The position numbers were made by a program, and so were the translations under genes. 64,000 nt of DNA from NCBI GenBank assembly GCA_043806015.1, contig JAZDHH010000007.1:51698-115697 (forward strand). Reading direction: 5' to 3'. The notes below the pieces were generated by a model, which had not been told where the DNA came from, made no database searches, and saw only the letters and a program-made list of their open reading frames with translations. Positions within the stretch are counted from its first letter, which is position 1. Every line of letters begins with the position of its first letter. This document shows positions 18,498-27,261 of this stretch, in pieces. Origin of the DNA: Nanobdellota archaeon (GTDB lineage Archaea; Nanobdellota; Nanobdellia; Woesearchaeales; JAHIVG01).

Positions 18498-18748
18498 TGT
18501 ATGAGGTCATTTTCTCGAAAAAAGCTGAGAAATTCCTTGATAAATTGCCGCAGGTTGACCGGGAGCGGATTCTTTTGGCCGCGGAAAAGCTACGGATACG
18601 CCCGGAAACATTCATTACCCGGATGGTGGGCGAGAAGGTCTACAAGTTCAGGGTTGGAGATTATCGGCTGCTCGTTGATCTGGATAAAGGCAATTTGATT
18701 GTCCTGGTTATCACTATTGGGCACAGGCGGAATGTCTACAAGGATTGA
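18494..18748 (+). CDS. RelE/ParE-family toxin
   Basis: 84 aa. ...YKFRVGDYRLLVDLDKGNLIVLVITIGHRRNVY is the classic RelE/ParE C-terminal beta-sheet motif. Confidence 0.75.
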   Translation: MMYEVIFSKKAEKFLDKLPQVDRERILLAAEKLRIRPETFITRMVGEKVYKFRVGDYRLLVDLDKGNLIVLVITIGHRRNVYKD

Positions 18749-18775
18749 ATGCGGAGTTGAACTTCGGATAGATTT

Positions 18776-19540
18776 CTATGCTCGCAATAAGGATTTCATC
18801 ATCACCGCATCGCCGACAGGGTCAGGGCTCTCGTTGATGATCGTGATGTCAACCTTTGCTTTCTGGAGAGCGTCCAAGAGCTTCTTCGCGTCATCCCTCG
18901 GCGTCAGGAGGTGGTTGCGCTCGCCCTTCGGCCCGAAGTTGATGCCTGAGAAATGAGCGTGCAATGGCCTGATTTCCTTGACCTGCTCGACGACCTTGTC
19001 ATAGTCAATGCTGCCGTTCCTTGCGAGGATGTGGGCGAAATCAACGGTCAAGCCGCAGCCCCGCTCCTTGCGCAGCCTCAGCAGCTCTTCCAAAGAGCCG
19101 AACTGCGATCCCTTGCCTGTCGTCTCGGGCGCCAAGGTGACTTCCCAGCCTTTTTTGGTTATGATGTCCTGCATCTCGGCGATCGCAGTCGAGACCATCG
19201 CATAGGTCTCTGCAGGGCCGCGCTTGCCGTAGAAGCCGGGATGGAAGACGATGAACTTCGCGCCGAGATGGTTGCCGCGCTCGCAGCTCGAGAGGATGCG
19301 CTGCTTGCTCGCCGCGATCTTTGCCTTCTCCTCGCTCGCGAGGTTGATATAATAAGGCACGTGGATGCTCAGGGCGAGGCCGAGGTCCTTGTTGAGCTTG
19401 CCGAGCGCCTTCGCCTGCTCGTTCGAGAGATAGACGCTGTACACGAACTCGAACTCGAGCGCATCCAGGCCTTTCGCCTTGACTTCGCGGAGGCCTTCCT
19501 CGTCGCCCAAGCCCGAGCCTGCCGGGCCGATGCGGATCAT
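18776..19540 (-). CDS. nfo: endonuclease IV-type AP endonuclease (xylose-isomerase-like TIM barrel)
   Basis: MIRIGPAGSG..., FHPGFY, LAPETTGKGSQFGSLEEL, HAHFSGINFG are Endo IV signatures. The track ORF extends 44 codons upstream. The ATG chosen is at 19540. The C-terminus (INESPDPVGDAVMMK) overlaps repeat copy 2. Confidence 0.8.
   Translation of the reverse strand: MIRIGPAGSGLGDEEGLREVKAKGLDALEFEFVYSVYLSNEQAKALGKLNKDLGLALSIHVPYYINLASEEKAKIAASKQRILSSCERGNHLGAKFIVFHPGFYGKRGPAETYAMVSTAIAEMQDIITKKGWEVTLAPETTGKGSQFGSLEELLRLRKERGCGLTVDFAHILARNGSIDYDKVVEQVKEIRPLHAHFSGINFGPKGERNHLLTPRDDAKKLLDALQKAKVDITIINESPDPVGDAVMMKSLLRA
18798..18833. repeat. direct repeat copy 2, within the authentic nfo 3' end
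   Basis: atcatcaccgcatcgccgacagggtcagggctctcg, 35 of 36 nt identical to 18164..18199. Confidence 0.7.
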
Positions 19541-19607
19541 GGCCTTTTCCTTGTCTGCAGCATATAAAAAAGTATCTGCGGAATCCCTAAGGAGGATACC
19601 CAGGTCA

Positions 19608-20096
19608 TTAAGGATGAGCCGGTTGACGCAGGAGGGTTGCGGGAAGAGGCTCCTCGTCGAGCTGGGCATCATAGGCGATCCCTTTGCCTTGCATGATGCT
19701 CTCTATGGCGTGCCTCAGTCTTCCTTTTTGCTCTGGTGGGGATTCCTTGTGCGGCCCGAAGATGCTTCCCCCGGTGTAATGGGCATGCCTCCGTCGAGCG
19801 TTCCACCGGAGGTGGCCTCCTCCCAGGATGCCAAGACGTTGGTATTCATCACAGACCTGGACTGCAGAAGGGCTCTCCCCCATCAGCTCGAAGAAGCTTT
19901 GCGCGATGTTGGCATGGCCGGCATGTTCCTGTCCGACTTGAAGGAAATAGTCTCCGCAGTAGTCTATGACGACATAGAGATAGTCTCCTGATGCCCTGAT
20001 GATGAGCCACTCGAGCCCAACCATCGCGCCGGGTATGACGAACCGCGATATAAGCCTTTCCCTGGCTACCCAGCGAGCCTGCTCTTCAACTCCCAA
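19608..20096 (-). CDS. hypothetical protein
   Basis: 162 aa. A His-rich patch (HAHYTGGSIFGPH) is vaguely metal-binding-like, but no family could be assigned. Confidence 0.3.
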   Translation of the reverse strand: MGVEEQARWVARERLISRFVIPGAMVGLEWLIIRASGDYLYVVIDYCGDYFLQVGQEHAGHANIAQSFFELMGESPSAVQVCDEYQRLGILGGGHLRWNARRRHAHYTGGSIFGPHKESPPEQKGRLRHAIESIMQGKGIAYDAQLDEEPLPATLLRQPAHP

Positions 20097-21076
20097 TACT
20101 CTTCAAGGAACGCCGCGGCGATCGCCGGGTCGTGGATTATGACCAGGTTCTCGTCATTCCTTGTGGCGGCGTTCTCGCTCGGGTTGAAGCTGCCGGTGAT
20201 GACCGTGCTGTTGTCGATGATGAACACCTTGTGGTGCAGCAAGACTCCTGTATTCTCCAGCAGCACGCTTAAGTTATGGTACAGGAAGAGCTTGTAAAGC
20301 GAGTAGTTGGAGATCTGCTGCTTCTCGAGCATGCCTTCGACAGCCACCCCCCGGTCTTTCGCGAGCAGGAGATGCGTGCCGATCTCGCCGTTGGTGAAGC
20401 TGTAGATCATGAAATGGATGGATGAGCTTGCCGCATCCAGCTCTCTATCCACGATCCCCTCACAGGGATCCTCGGGGCAGAAATACGCCTGCACCGGGCC
20501 TTCCTGCCCGGCGGTCGGCGCCCCCTTGCCGAAGGTGCCTGACCACAGCTCCGTGAACTCCGCTGCATAAAGGTCGGCGATAGCAGCAGAGTCGATGCGC
20601 ACAAGGTTGTTGTAGTTCTTTCGGCCACCCTTCTCGGTCGGGTTGTAGGAGCCGGTCATGACCGTCATATGGTCGATGATGCAGAACTTGTTGTGCATGT
20701 AGCCGCGGGCGCTCTTGTTGGTGTAGCGCAGGTAGCTGCGGTTCTCGTCAGGGTTGCGGTAGTCCACGCTGACGCGCAGCATCACATCTGTTTTGGCGTC
20801 GAGGCTGTCCATGATCGCGGGTTCGTTGAGCTCGAAGAAGGCGCAGTCCACGCTCTGCTGCGCCTCGCCGATAGCCGCGGCCATCACCTCGTGGCAGGGC
20901 TGCTCTGGGCAGAACCAGACCGAGATTCCTGTCGCAGCCGCCGGCGCTTTCGGCTGCGGCTTCGGGAGGATAGGGATGATGAGGGCTATCACGACGAGAA
21001 GGATGAGGATTGCCAGCACCGCCGCTTTTTTGCCCATGTCCTGAGTCGGGCGTTCCGGCTTTAAAGCCTTTTCCAA
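20066..21076 (-). CDS. phospholipase D-family protein (two HKD motifs), membrane-anchored
   Basis: Two HxK(x4)D motifs: HNKFCIIDHMTVMTGSYNPT and HHKVFIIDNSTVITGSFNPS. N-terminal TM AAVLAILILLVVIALII. Confidence 0.8.
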   Translation of the reverse strand: MEKALKPERPTQDMGKKAAVLAILILLVVIALIIPILPKPQPKAPAAATGISVWFCPEQPCHEVMAAAIGEAQQSVDCAFFELNEPAIMDSLDAKTDVMLRVSVDYRNPDENRSYLRYTNKSARGYMHNKFCIIDHMTVMTGSYNPTEKGGRKNYNNLVRIDSAAIADLYAAEFTELWSGTFGKGAPTAGQEGPVQAYFCPEDPCEGIVDRELDAASSSIHFMIYSFTNGEIGTHLLLAKDRGVAVEGMLEKQQISNYSLYKLFLYHNLSVLLENTGVLLHHKVFIIDNSTVITGSFNPSENAATRNDENLVIIHDPAIAAAFLEEYWELKSRLAG

Positions 21077-21183
21077 CCCCGAGGCTGATTTTTCCGGCAG
21101 CGTCGGAAGCTTTATAAGGTGGTCTTTCCCCTGGGGGTTACCACCTGATTGTTACTACTCACGGATACTTAATCACCGAAAAG

Positions 21184-21191
21184 TTTAAATA
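21184..21191 (+). promoter_or_regulatory. TATA-box-like element (tttaaata) in the PLD/CPBP intergenic region
   Basis: An archaeal TATA-like octamer followed about 25 nt later by sequence that forms two hairpins and ends in an oligo-T tract. Confidence 0.3.
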
Positions 21192-21214
21192 ATAGTTCTA
21201 CTACTAGGGAGTGT

Positions 21215-21320
21215 ATATCAGGGTTACCTGTTAGAAAGTAACAGGATGGGGGTTTCACAATCACCTCTTTTTCCCCAGCGAATGTCCTGACGCGAGTTGG
21301 GACATTCGCCAGGGTTTTTA
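21215..21320 (+). ncRNA. candidate small structured RNA (speculative)
   Basis: Hairpin cctgtta-gaaag-taacagg (21227-21245). Hairpin cgaatgtcc-N12-ggacattcg (21279-21308) followed by ttttt (21315-21319). The flanking genes are on the other strand, so this + strand unit is not a 3' UTR of either. Confidence 0.2.
21279..21319 (+). terminator. 9-bp stem hairpin followed by a T5 tract
   Basis: cgaatgtcc tgacgcgagttg ggacattcg cc agggttttt. Confidence 0.35.
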
Positions 21321-21355
21321 TCCGCCTTCATTCCTACGGGAAGCCCTATGGAATT

Positions 21356-22174
21356 CTAAAAGAGAAACCGGAACGCTAGCGGCAGCGCTGCGAAAAGGAG
21401 GAGCAGCAGGAATGCCCAGGAAAGCCTGGGCCGTTCTTTGAGTATCGGCAGGAATCCCCGGAACGCAGGCCGCGCCATGAACGCGAAGAGGATGGCAAAG
21501 CAGCCCCAGAACAGGTATTCCTGCGTCGCGAAGCCGTTCGCGTGCCAGAACGTCTGGAAGCAGAGCAGCACGTTGTAGCAGAGATGGATGAGCAGCGGCG
21601 CGAGGATGCTCTTCGTCCGCTCATAGGCCAGCGCCATGATAACCGAGCCGAGGAACACGGTGACGAAGATGCTGACATCATGGAGCGCAGACAAATAAGT
21701 CAGATGAAACAGTGCAAAGTTGAGTGACAGGGCAAGGATCGCAAGCACTTTTCCAGCACGCCGCGTGAGCTCGCTTTGCGTCAATGGCCGCAAGAACAGC
21801 TCTTCTTTCAGCACGATGACCGGCATCAGCGCCACGAGACCGAGCAGCGCGCCGATGTCCGTCAGCCCGAACTGCTGCGCGTACCATGCGTCGAAGCCTG
21901 GGTCGACGATGCGAGAGAACAGCGCGACCGGGAAGAGCAGCGCCAGGCCCCAGAGAGCGGCAGGCAGCGCTTTCTCCCCAGAGGTTAAGCCGATCTCCTT
22001 AGGTTTCCTGAAGAGAAGCAATGCCCCGACTAGGGCGGCGAAGATGATGACGCCGAAAAGCTCGTAGGTGGGTTCATGCGCCGGCAGACCGAGCTGTGTC
22101 GCCCACATGAACAGCCTCGATTGCCCATAGCCGAAAAGGACTTGCGCGAGGAGCAGGAGGATGATCGGGATCAT
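21356..22174 (-). CDS. CPBP-family (CAAX/Abi) intramembrane metalloprotease
   Basis: LKEELFLRPL (the EExxxR motif), FALFHLTYL (FxxxH) and a later H in a polytopic hydrophobic protein. Confidence 0.7.
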   Translation of the reverse strand: MIPIILLLLAQVLFGYGQSRLFMWATQLGLPAHEPTYELFGVIIFAALVGALLLFRKPKEIGLTSGEKALPAALWGLALLFPVALFSRIVDPGFDAWYAQQFGLTDIGALLGLVALMPVIVLKEELFLRPLTQSELTRRAGKVLAILALSLNFALFHLTYLSALHDVSIFVTVFLGSVIMALAYERTKSILAPLLIHLCYNVLLCFQTFWHANGFATQEYLFWGCFAILFAFMARPAFRGFLPILKERPRLSWAFLLLLLFAALPLAFRFLF

Positions 22175-23157
22175 GGTCGCTGGAACCGGGCGAGGACGCC
22201 CACGACCCTGAACGTGGTGAAGACGTGCGCGACCCGCTGGTCGTCCTGGATGCTGGGGTACCAGAAGCCGTCTTTTTCCTGGCGGCGTTCAAGGAGTTCC
22301 TTGTACGGCTTCAGGCTTTCCCTGGGATAGCCGGAATACAGCAGCGCGTCGAGGACATTGGCGACGGTGAGCGTGTCGTTGAGGACGCTCGGCATCGACC
22401 GGTATGCGTAATCCTGGTAGAACCTGAGCTTCGGGCCATAGACCACTGGGTTGTCGGGCAGGACGTCGCTGAGCGTGTAGATGGTGTGGATCATCCCCGT
22501 CGTCTTCTCGAGCTGCGGCGAGGAGGATGCGAGCAAAGCCTCGGTCTCGTTCATCATGCTGTCGACGAACTGGGGAAGCATCTCTTTTTCCACAGCGGTC
22601 GCAGAGAGCAGCCGGATGCACCAGCTCTCGTCTGCGAGGCGCCGGAAGCGCTCATCCCCAGTGTAAACATGCTCGCTGAGCCAATGGGTGCCTGTCCGGG
22701 CGTGCGCGACGACCTGCGCCATGGCGGAATCGTTGGCGATGAGGCCGACGATGCAATAGGTGTCGAGCGCTATGCCTCCTTCGACGAAGTTGCTCTGGAC
22801 GTTGTAGATGCCCTTGCCCTCCCAGTCCTTCGCTACGGCAAAGAGCAGCTGGTCCGCGCGGCTGATGTCGTCCGCCAGCAAGCCCTTGGCGCCGAGCTGA
22901 CCGAGGAAATGCAGATTGAAGTCGCGGTCGAGGCTGCGGTAGGTCATGTTGCAATTCTCGAGCGGGCATACCAGGTCCTCCCCGGGGTAGACATAGGCGA
23001 GATAGGGATCGATTCCAGGATGGCTCATCGACCAGTCCAGGAAGGCCGCTCCCTTCTCGATCGTCGGCTGCGTGCAGCCGCCGAGAAGGAGCAAAGCAAG
23101 CAAGAGAGGTATCATCTCTTCTTCCCCTGGGCACGACCCTTTTTCCGCGTGAGCCAA
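22171..23157 (-). CDS. secreted lipoprotein (hypothetical)
   Basis: The signal/lipobox LLLALLLLGGC sits near the N-terminus. The body is soluble and Trp/Tyr-rich. No family assigned. Confidence 0.45.
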   Translation of the reverse strand: MAHAEKGSCPGEEEMIPLLLALLLLGGCTQPTIEKGAAFLDWSMSHPGIDPYLAYVYPGEDLVCPLENCNMTYRSLDRDFNLHFLGQLGAKGLLADDISRADQLLFAVAKDWEGKGIYNVQSNFVEGGIALDTYCIVGLIANDSAMAQVVAHARTGTHWLSEHVYTGDERFRRLADESWCIRLLSATAVEKEMLPQFVDSMMNETEALLASSSPQLEKTTGMIHTIYTLSDVLPDNPVVYGPKLRFYQDYAYRSMPSVLNDTLTVANVLDALLYSGYPRESLKPYKELLERRQEKDGFWYPSIQDDQRVAHVFTTFRVVGVLARFQRP

Positions 23158-24875
23158 ACCAGCGTCAAGGCTATAAGGATTCCGGCAGCGATGCCGAAAG
23201 CGACGCCGGAGAAGAACGGCACCTGGTCGTCGGCGGGCAGGAAGACCTGCCGGCGTTTCGGGCTGATATACAGGTCGAGGTTGCTCATCTCGAGGGCATA
23301 CCCTGAATAGAGGAAGGCTGAATAGGGATCGCTGCCGCGGAGGCTCTTCGCGTACTCGTAGTAGCTGTAGCCGAGGATGGGGAAGACACCATTGTCCTGC
23401 TGCTCGGCGATGCTCTGCCGGCTGAGCTCGAGCCGCTCAGCCAATAGGGAATCGACTTGGCTTTGGTCAAGCCCGAGCATTGTCAGCACCAGGTCTGCTT
23501 CCGCCTTCGCCTTGCTCGCGCGGTAGAGGCAGAGCTCCACATCGCCGCTGGAGGCGTCTGCGCGCGCCCGCGAGAGGTCGCGCTTCGTGTCCTCAAGGCT
23601 CTGCGGAAGGAACAGCAAAACATATTGGTAGCGTTCCTCTGCCTCGCGCAGCTTGGTGGCGCAGGATGCGGTGACGATGTCTTTGTCGAGTATGAATGAC
23701 CGGCCGCCCTTGCCGAAGAAAGCTCCCCACGAAGATGCGCTATAGAGCCTCTCCATGGCGAAGGCCAGGGAGAAGGCGGCGTTGTCCGTATTATTGATGT
23801 CAATAGCCTTGCGCGCGTCCTCGAGGTGGTCAAAGGCTTCGGTGATGCGCTCGTTGACCGCGAGATAGGCCTGCAGGTCTGTCACCGTGCTATAGCCTTT
23901 CGCCTTCACGTCTCGTTCCTTCATCGCGATGGCACGCTGGGTGATCTCCATGAGGCGCTGCAGCTCTGCGCTGGTCGCGTTGATCATCGCGTAGCGGAAG
24001 CGCACGTTCGCGCCGAAGCAGAAGGACGCCGCCGAATAGTAGCTCTGGTTGTCGATCTCGGCGTTCCCTTTTTCCGAAAGGTTGAGTCCGAGCTGGTACG
24101 AATAGTTGGTCAGGTTGGTGACGACGGTGATTTTTCCCTTGATGTCTTCGGTCCTGTTGCAGAGGTCGTACGCCAATGACCGCATGACTTCCGCGTACAT
24201 CGGCGCGATGTTCAGTGCCTTCGGCGCCTTGATGAACGGCTTGCCGGTGAAGGCCTCTAGGGCCTGGTCGAGGCGGCTGACTTCGATAACGTGGACGCCG
24301 ATAGCCTCGCCGTATTCCACCAGGTCGACGGTGCGGTTCGTGGCATTCACCCTGCGTTCTCCTTTCGGGATCAGCACGGCGCTGATGCCGTTCTGACCGG
24401 CGACCTCGATCTTCTCCTTGATGCCCCCTACAGGGCCGATCAGGCCGCCGGCGTTGATGGTTCCGGTCATGCTGATCGACTGGTTGATGGTCGCCTTCGC
24501 GAGCATCGCAGCGGTGAGCACGGCAATCGCCCCGCCGGCACTCGGCCCACCGACGATGGCCGAGCTCGAGCTGATGGTGTAGAAGAAGTCGAACCGCGAG
24601 CAGTCAACCTGCAGCTCCTTGCAGGCGATCTCGTTCGCGAACCTTGTCGAGATCTGCGTGTCCAGCTTGGTCAGGGGCGAGGTCGCGATGAAGATGTTGC
24701 CTGTGCCGGGCTTGATCTCGAGCGTGAGGTCCGCGATGCTGCCGACCATCTGCTCGCCTTGCTCGGACACGGCGAGGAGGCGCATGTGGCCGACCTGCGC
24801 GACGGCTGCCACGCTGCAGAGCAGCACCATGAGAGCGTATATGAAGAGCCTCATGCCCAGAAAGAGCGATGCCAC
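23112..24875 (-). CDS. Lon-like S16 serine protease domain protein, lacking an AAA+ module, with a C-terminal TM anchor
   Basis: N-terminal signal peptide, then Lon_C signatures: catalytic Ser GPSAGGAIAVLTAAM and the Lys region TGTINAGGLIGPVGGIKEKIEVAGQNGISAVLIPKGE. No Walker motifs. C-terminal TM VAFGIAAGILIALTLVWL followed by a basic tail. Confidence 0.75.
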   Translation of the reverse strand: MASLFLGMRLFIYALMVLLCSVAAVAQVGHMRLLAVSEQGEQMVGSIADLTLEIKPGTGNIFIATSPLTKLDTQISTRFANEIACKELQVDCSRFDFFYTISSSSAIVGGPSAGGAIAVLTAAMLAKATINQSISMTGTINAGGLIGPVGGIKEKIEVAGQNGISAVLIPKGERRVNATNRTVDLVEYGEAIGVHVIEVSRLDQALEAFTGKPFIKAPKALNIAPMYAEVMRSLAYDLCNRTEDIKGKITVVTNLTNYSYQLGLNLSEKGNAEIDNQSYYSAASFCFGANVRFRYAMINATSAELQRLMEITQRAIAMKERDVKAKGYSTVTDLQAYLAVNERITEAFDHLEDARKAIDINNTDNAAFSLAFAMERLYSASSWGAFFGKGGRSFILDKDIVTASCATKLREAEERYQYVLLFLPQSLEDTKRDLSRARADASSGDVELCLYRASKAKAEADLVLTMLGLDQSQVDSLLAERLELSRQSIAEQQDNGVFPILGYSYYEYAKSLRGSDPYSAFLYSGYALEMSNLDLYISPKRRQVFLPADDQVPFFSGVAFGIAAGILIALTLVWLTRKKGRAQGKKR

Positions 24876-24912
24876 CTTTTAAAATGTTGCGGAAGGTTTG
24901 CGAGAGGAAGGA

Positions 24913-25458
24913 TCAGGAGCCTGCCCGAGAGGTTTCATAGACAATCTTTCCGATCTCCTCATACTTGTACTCCTGGAGTACACCATAGACTTCATAATCC
25001 TTGATGAGCCGCGGGAATCGTTGGCGGATAGTCTTCAGCACACGGTCGAATTCGCCTTGGTTCTCTGCCATGATGTCGATGATAAAATCCCACTTTCCGA
25101 TCAGGCTTGCGATATAGGTGACCTTGGGGTTTGCTCTCAGGAAGCCGAGGAATTCTTTTTCCTTTGTCTCGCTCGGATTATATAGCGCGATGAAAACATA
25201 GTTGATAATCGGGAAGCCCATCGCGGGGGGGTTGTAGATAGGCCGGAAGGCCGTGATGACCTGCTTCCGAACCAGCTTCCCGATCCGGCGCCGAACAGCA
25301 TCCCTGGACAGGCCCGCTTTCCGAGAGATGGTGGAAAGCGGCATGCGGGCGTCTCGGTCGAGTGCTCGGAGGATCTTCTTGTCCTGCTCGTCGAAGCGAT
25401 ACGGTACGCAATAGACGAGAGGTTTCTGCTGTTGCCCGCCGATACGATTTTTTGCCAT
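24913..25458 (-). CDS. lrp: Lrp/AsnC-family transcriptional regulator
   Basis: DKKILRALDRDARMPLSTISRKAGLSRDAVRRRIGKL is the Lrp HTH. The C-terminal RAM-like domain has ...FIIDIMAENQGEF. Confidence 0.8.
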   Translation of the reverse strand: MAKNRIGGQQQKPLVYCVPYRFDEQDKKILRALDRDARMPLSTISRKAGLSRDAVRRRIGKLVRKQVITAFRPIYNPPAMGFPIINYVFIALYNPSETKEKEFLGFLRANPKVTYIASLIGKWDFIIDIMAENQGEFDRVLKTIRQRFPRLIKDYEVYGVLQEYKYEEIGKIVYETSRAGS

Positions 25459-25553
25459 TATACCACATTTTGCGATGATTCTATATATAATTTGCGTATT
25501 TTGCGCGATATTTTACCAATAGAGATTAATAGTGATGAATCTTCCACCCATTT
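25459..25553. promoter_or_regulatory. lrp upstream region with three TTTGCG repeats and a TATA-like element
   Basis: ttttgcgatg, tttgcgtatt and ttgcgcgata within about 40 nt, plus ctatatataa. Candidate Lrp autoregulatory sites. Confidence 0.3.
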
Positions 25554-26018
25554 ATGGGGGACGAACCACTCGATCAAAGACTGTGTGCCTTTATCCTTGA
25601 GGAATCCGAGCCTCGGGCTGCCGCTGAGGGAAAAGTGGAAATTCGGGACTTCATGATATATATCCCTTATGCAATCGTTGCTGAGAAGAAACAGACCGGT
25701 GTTAGGATACCGCCTTACCCGCCACTGAAGGAGGAAAGGTTAGTATGGAACTTTTTTAATTTCCCCACCGGTGTCCGCACCTTTGACGGCTTTTCCCCTG
25801 AAGTCATTAAAGAGGTTGTGGAAGCCTATTTTCACACGCATTATGACCATTGTTCCCTGGTCTATGTCGACCCCATTTCGGAAAGCGACTTAGCGATTCT
25901 TGAACAACCAGTCATTTATCGTGGAGACCTGCTCAATTCGGGTCAGGCCAGGGGCGTCATTTTCACGTGGCCGAGCACCCTTCCCGTCGCAGAAAGGCAG
26001 AGAGTGCGCTTCGCCTAG
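25554..26018 (+). CDS. hypothetical protein (divergent from lrp)
   Basis: 154 aa. No motif recognised. Confidence 0.3.
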   Translation: MGDEPLDQRLCAFILEESEPRAAAEGKVEIRDFMIYIPYAIVAEKKQTGVRIPPYPPLKEERLVWNFFNFPTGVRTFDGFSPEVIKEVVEAYFHTHYDHCSLVYVDPISESDLAILEQPVIYRGDLLNSGQARGVIFTWPSTLPVAERQRVRFA

Positions 26019-26791
26019 AACTCTGAGATCGTCTCATTCAGTGGGAACCTGACGCGCGGCGACAGCACGCCGTGCTTCGCCCGCTCGCCTGCGGCGATGA
26101 GCATGACGACGCGGTCGCTGGCCTTGAGCCTCAGCAGCCTCTTGGCGCGCAGTTCGTCGAAGGCTTCCATGGGGCAGCTGTCGAACCCTTCCGCCCGCAG
26201 CGCGAGCATGATGTTCTCGGCTGCCAGCGCGGCGCTCTTGATGGCCACAATCTGGACACCTTTGTTTGAGAAAGGCCCGCGCGGCACGGGCCGGAAGATG
26301 CCTGCAACGCTGACGAATAGCCATTTGCCGAGTCCGGCGATGCTGCACGGCCCGTGGGAATAGGCCATCGGGATGATGTGCTTGTAGTACTTGACCCTCG
26401 CGGTGTTCCCGTCCTTCTGCACCAGGGAGAGCAGCTGGTCGCGATGCTTTTTCCATAGCGAGGGCCGCGCGATGACAGCGATGATCTCGGCGGCGGTGGT
26501 CGCTGCAGGCTGGTCTAAGCAAAAGTGCGCGAGCTGCTTCTTCACGGCGGAATCCTTCACCCGGATGAAATGCCAGAGCTGCATATTGCTGCTGCTCGGC
26601 GCGAGGATGGCCGCCTTGATGACCCTGCTGAACACCGGGCCAGGAATCCGGTCCTTGCTGAATTGCCGTACCGCCCGGCGCGAGGCGACGACCTTGTAGA
26701 ACGCTGTCTTATCGACAGATGAAGCTTTTTCATCATACTGCGACAGGGCAAGGCTTTCGATAAAGCCTACACTTTTTCCGTGTGTCTGCAT
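26015..26791 (-). CDS. nitroreductase-family protein
   Basis: VASRRAVRQF and APSSSNMQLWHF are nitroreductase/NADH-oxidase signatures. The ATG (26791-26789) lies about 23 nt inside the 3' end of the upstream zinc-ribbon gene. The track ORF has an extra 24-codon N-terminal extension. Confidence 0.7.
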   Translation of the reverse strand: MQTHGKSVGFIESLALSQYDEKASSVDKTAFYKVVASRRAVRQFSKDRIPGPVFSRVIKAAILAPSSSNMQLWHFIRVKDSAVKKQLAHFCLDQPAATTAAEIIAVIARPSLWKKHRDQLLSLVQKDGNTARVKYYKHIIPMAYSHGPCSIAGLGKWLFVSVAGIFRPVPRGPFSNKGVQIVAIKSAALAAENIMLALRAEGFDSCPMEAFDELRAKRLLRLKASDRVVMLIAAGERAKHGVLSPRVRFPLNETISEF

Positions 26792-27261
26792 TTTGGGTAG
26801 TTGGAGCAGCCGTAGAACGGGCCGTAGACTGATTGCCGCGGCACGAGCTTGCCGGTCTTGCACTTGGGGCAGGTCTTGGTCACTGAGCCGTCAGCGACTT
26901 TCTGCATCTCCTTCGCTTCTTTCTCTCCGGCCTTCTTGGAGGGGCATGCGGGGTTGAGGCAGATCTCCTGCGGCCTTTTCCGGATGATCTTGATGAGCGG
27001 GTGGTGGCAGTGCTCGCAGACCTTGTCCGAGGGGACGACTTTTCCCGTCGATGGCAGCCGGAAAGTGACTTTACATTCGGGGTAGCGGTCGCAGGCGATG
27101 AAGAAGCCGAACTTTCCTTTCTTGATCATGAGGGTGCCGCCGCAGGACGGGCATGGCCCGATGGTCTGCGCCTGGGTCATGGATTCCCTGTTCGCGGCGA
27201 TGAGCTGCTTGCCGATCTCCTTCTCTTTTTTCTTGAAGACCGTGAGGATGTCGATCAGCAT
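26767..27261 (-). CDS. topA: topoisomerase I C-terminal zinc-ribbon module, encoded as a separate ORF
   Basis: Three C4 zinc ribbons (CPSCGG..CDRYPEC; CEHCHH..CLNPAC; CPKCKTG..CSNYPKC) typical of the TopA C-terminal domain. The start ATG overlaps the topA-core stop within ATGCTGA. Confidence 0.75.
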   Translation of the reverse strand: MLIDILTVFKKKEKEIGKQLIAANRESMTQAQTIGPCPSCGGTLMIKKGKFGFFIACDRYPECKVTFRLPSTGKVVPSDKVCEHCHHPLIKIIRKRPQEICLNPACPSKKAGEKEAKEMQKVADGSVTKTCPKCKTGKLVPRQSVYGPFYGCSNYPKCRHTEKV

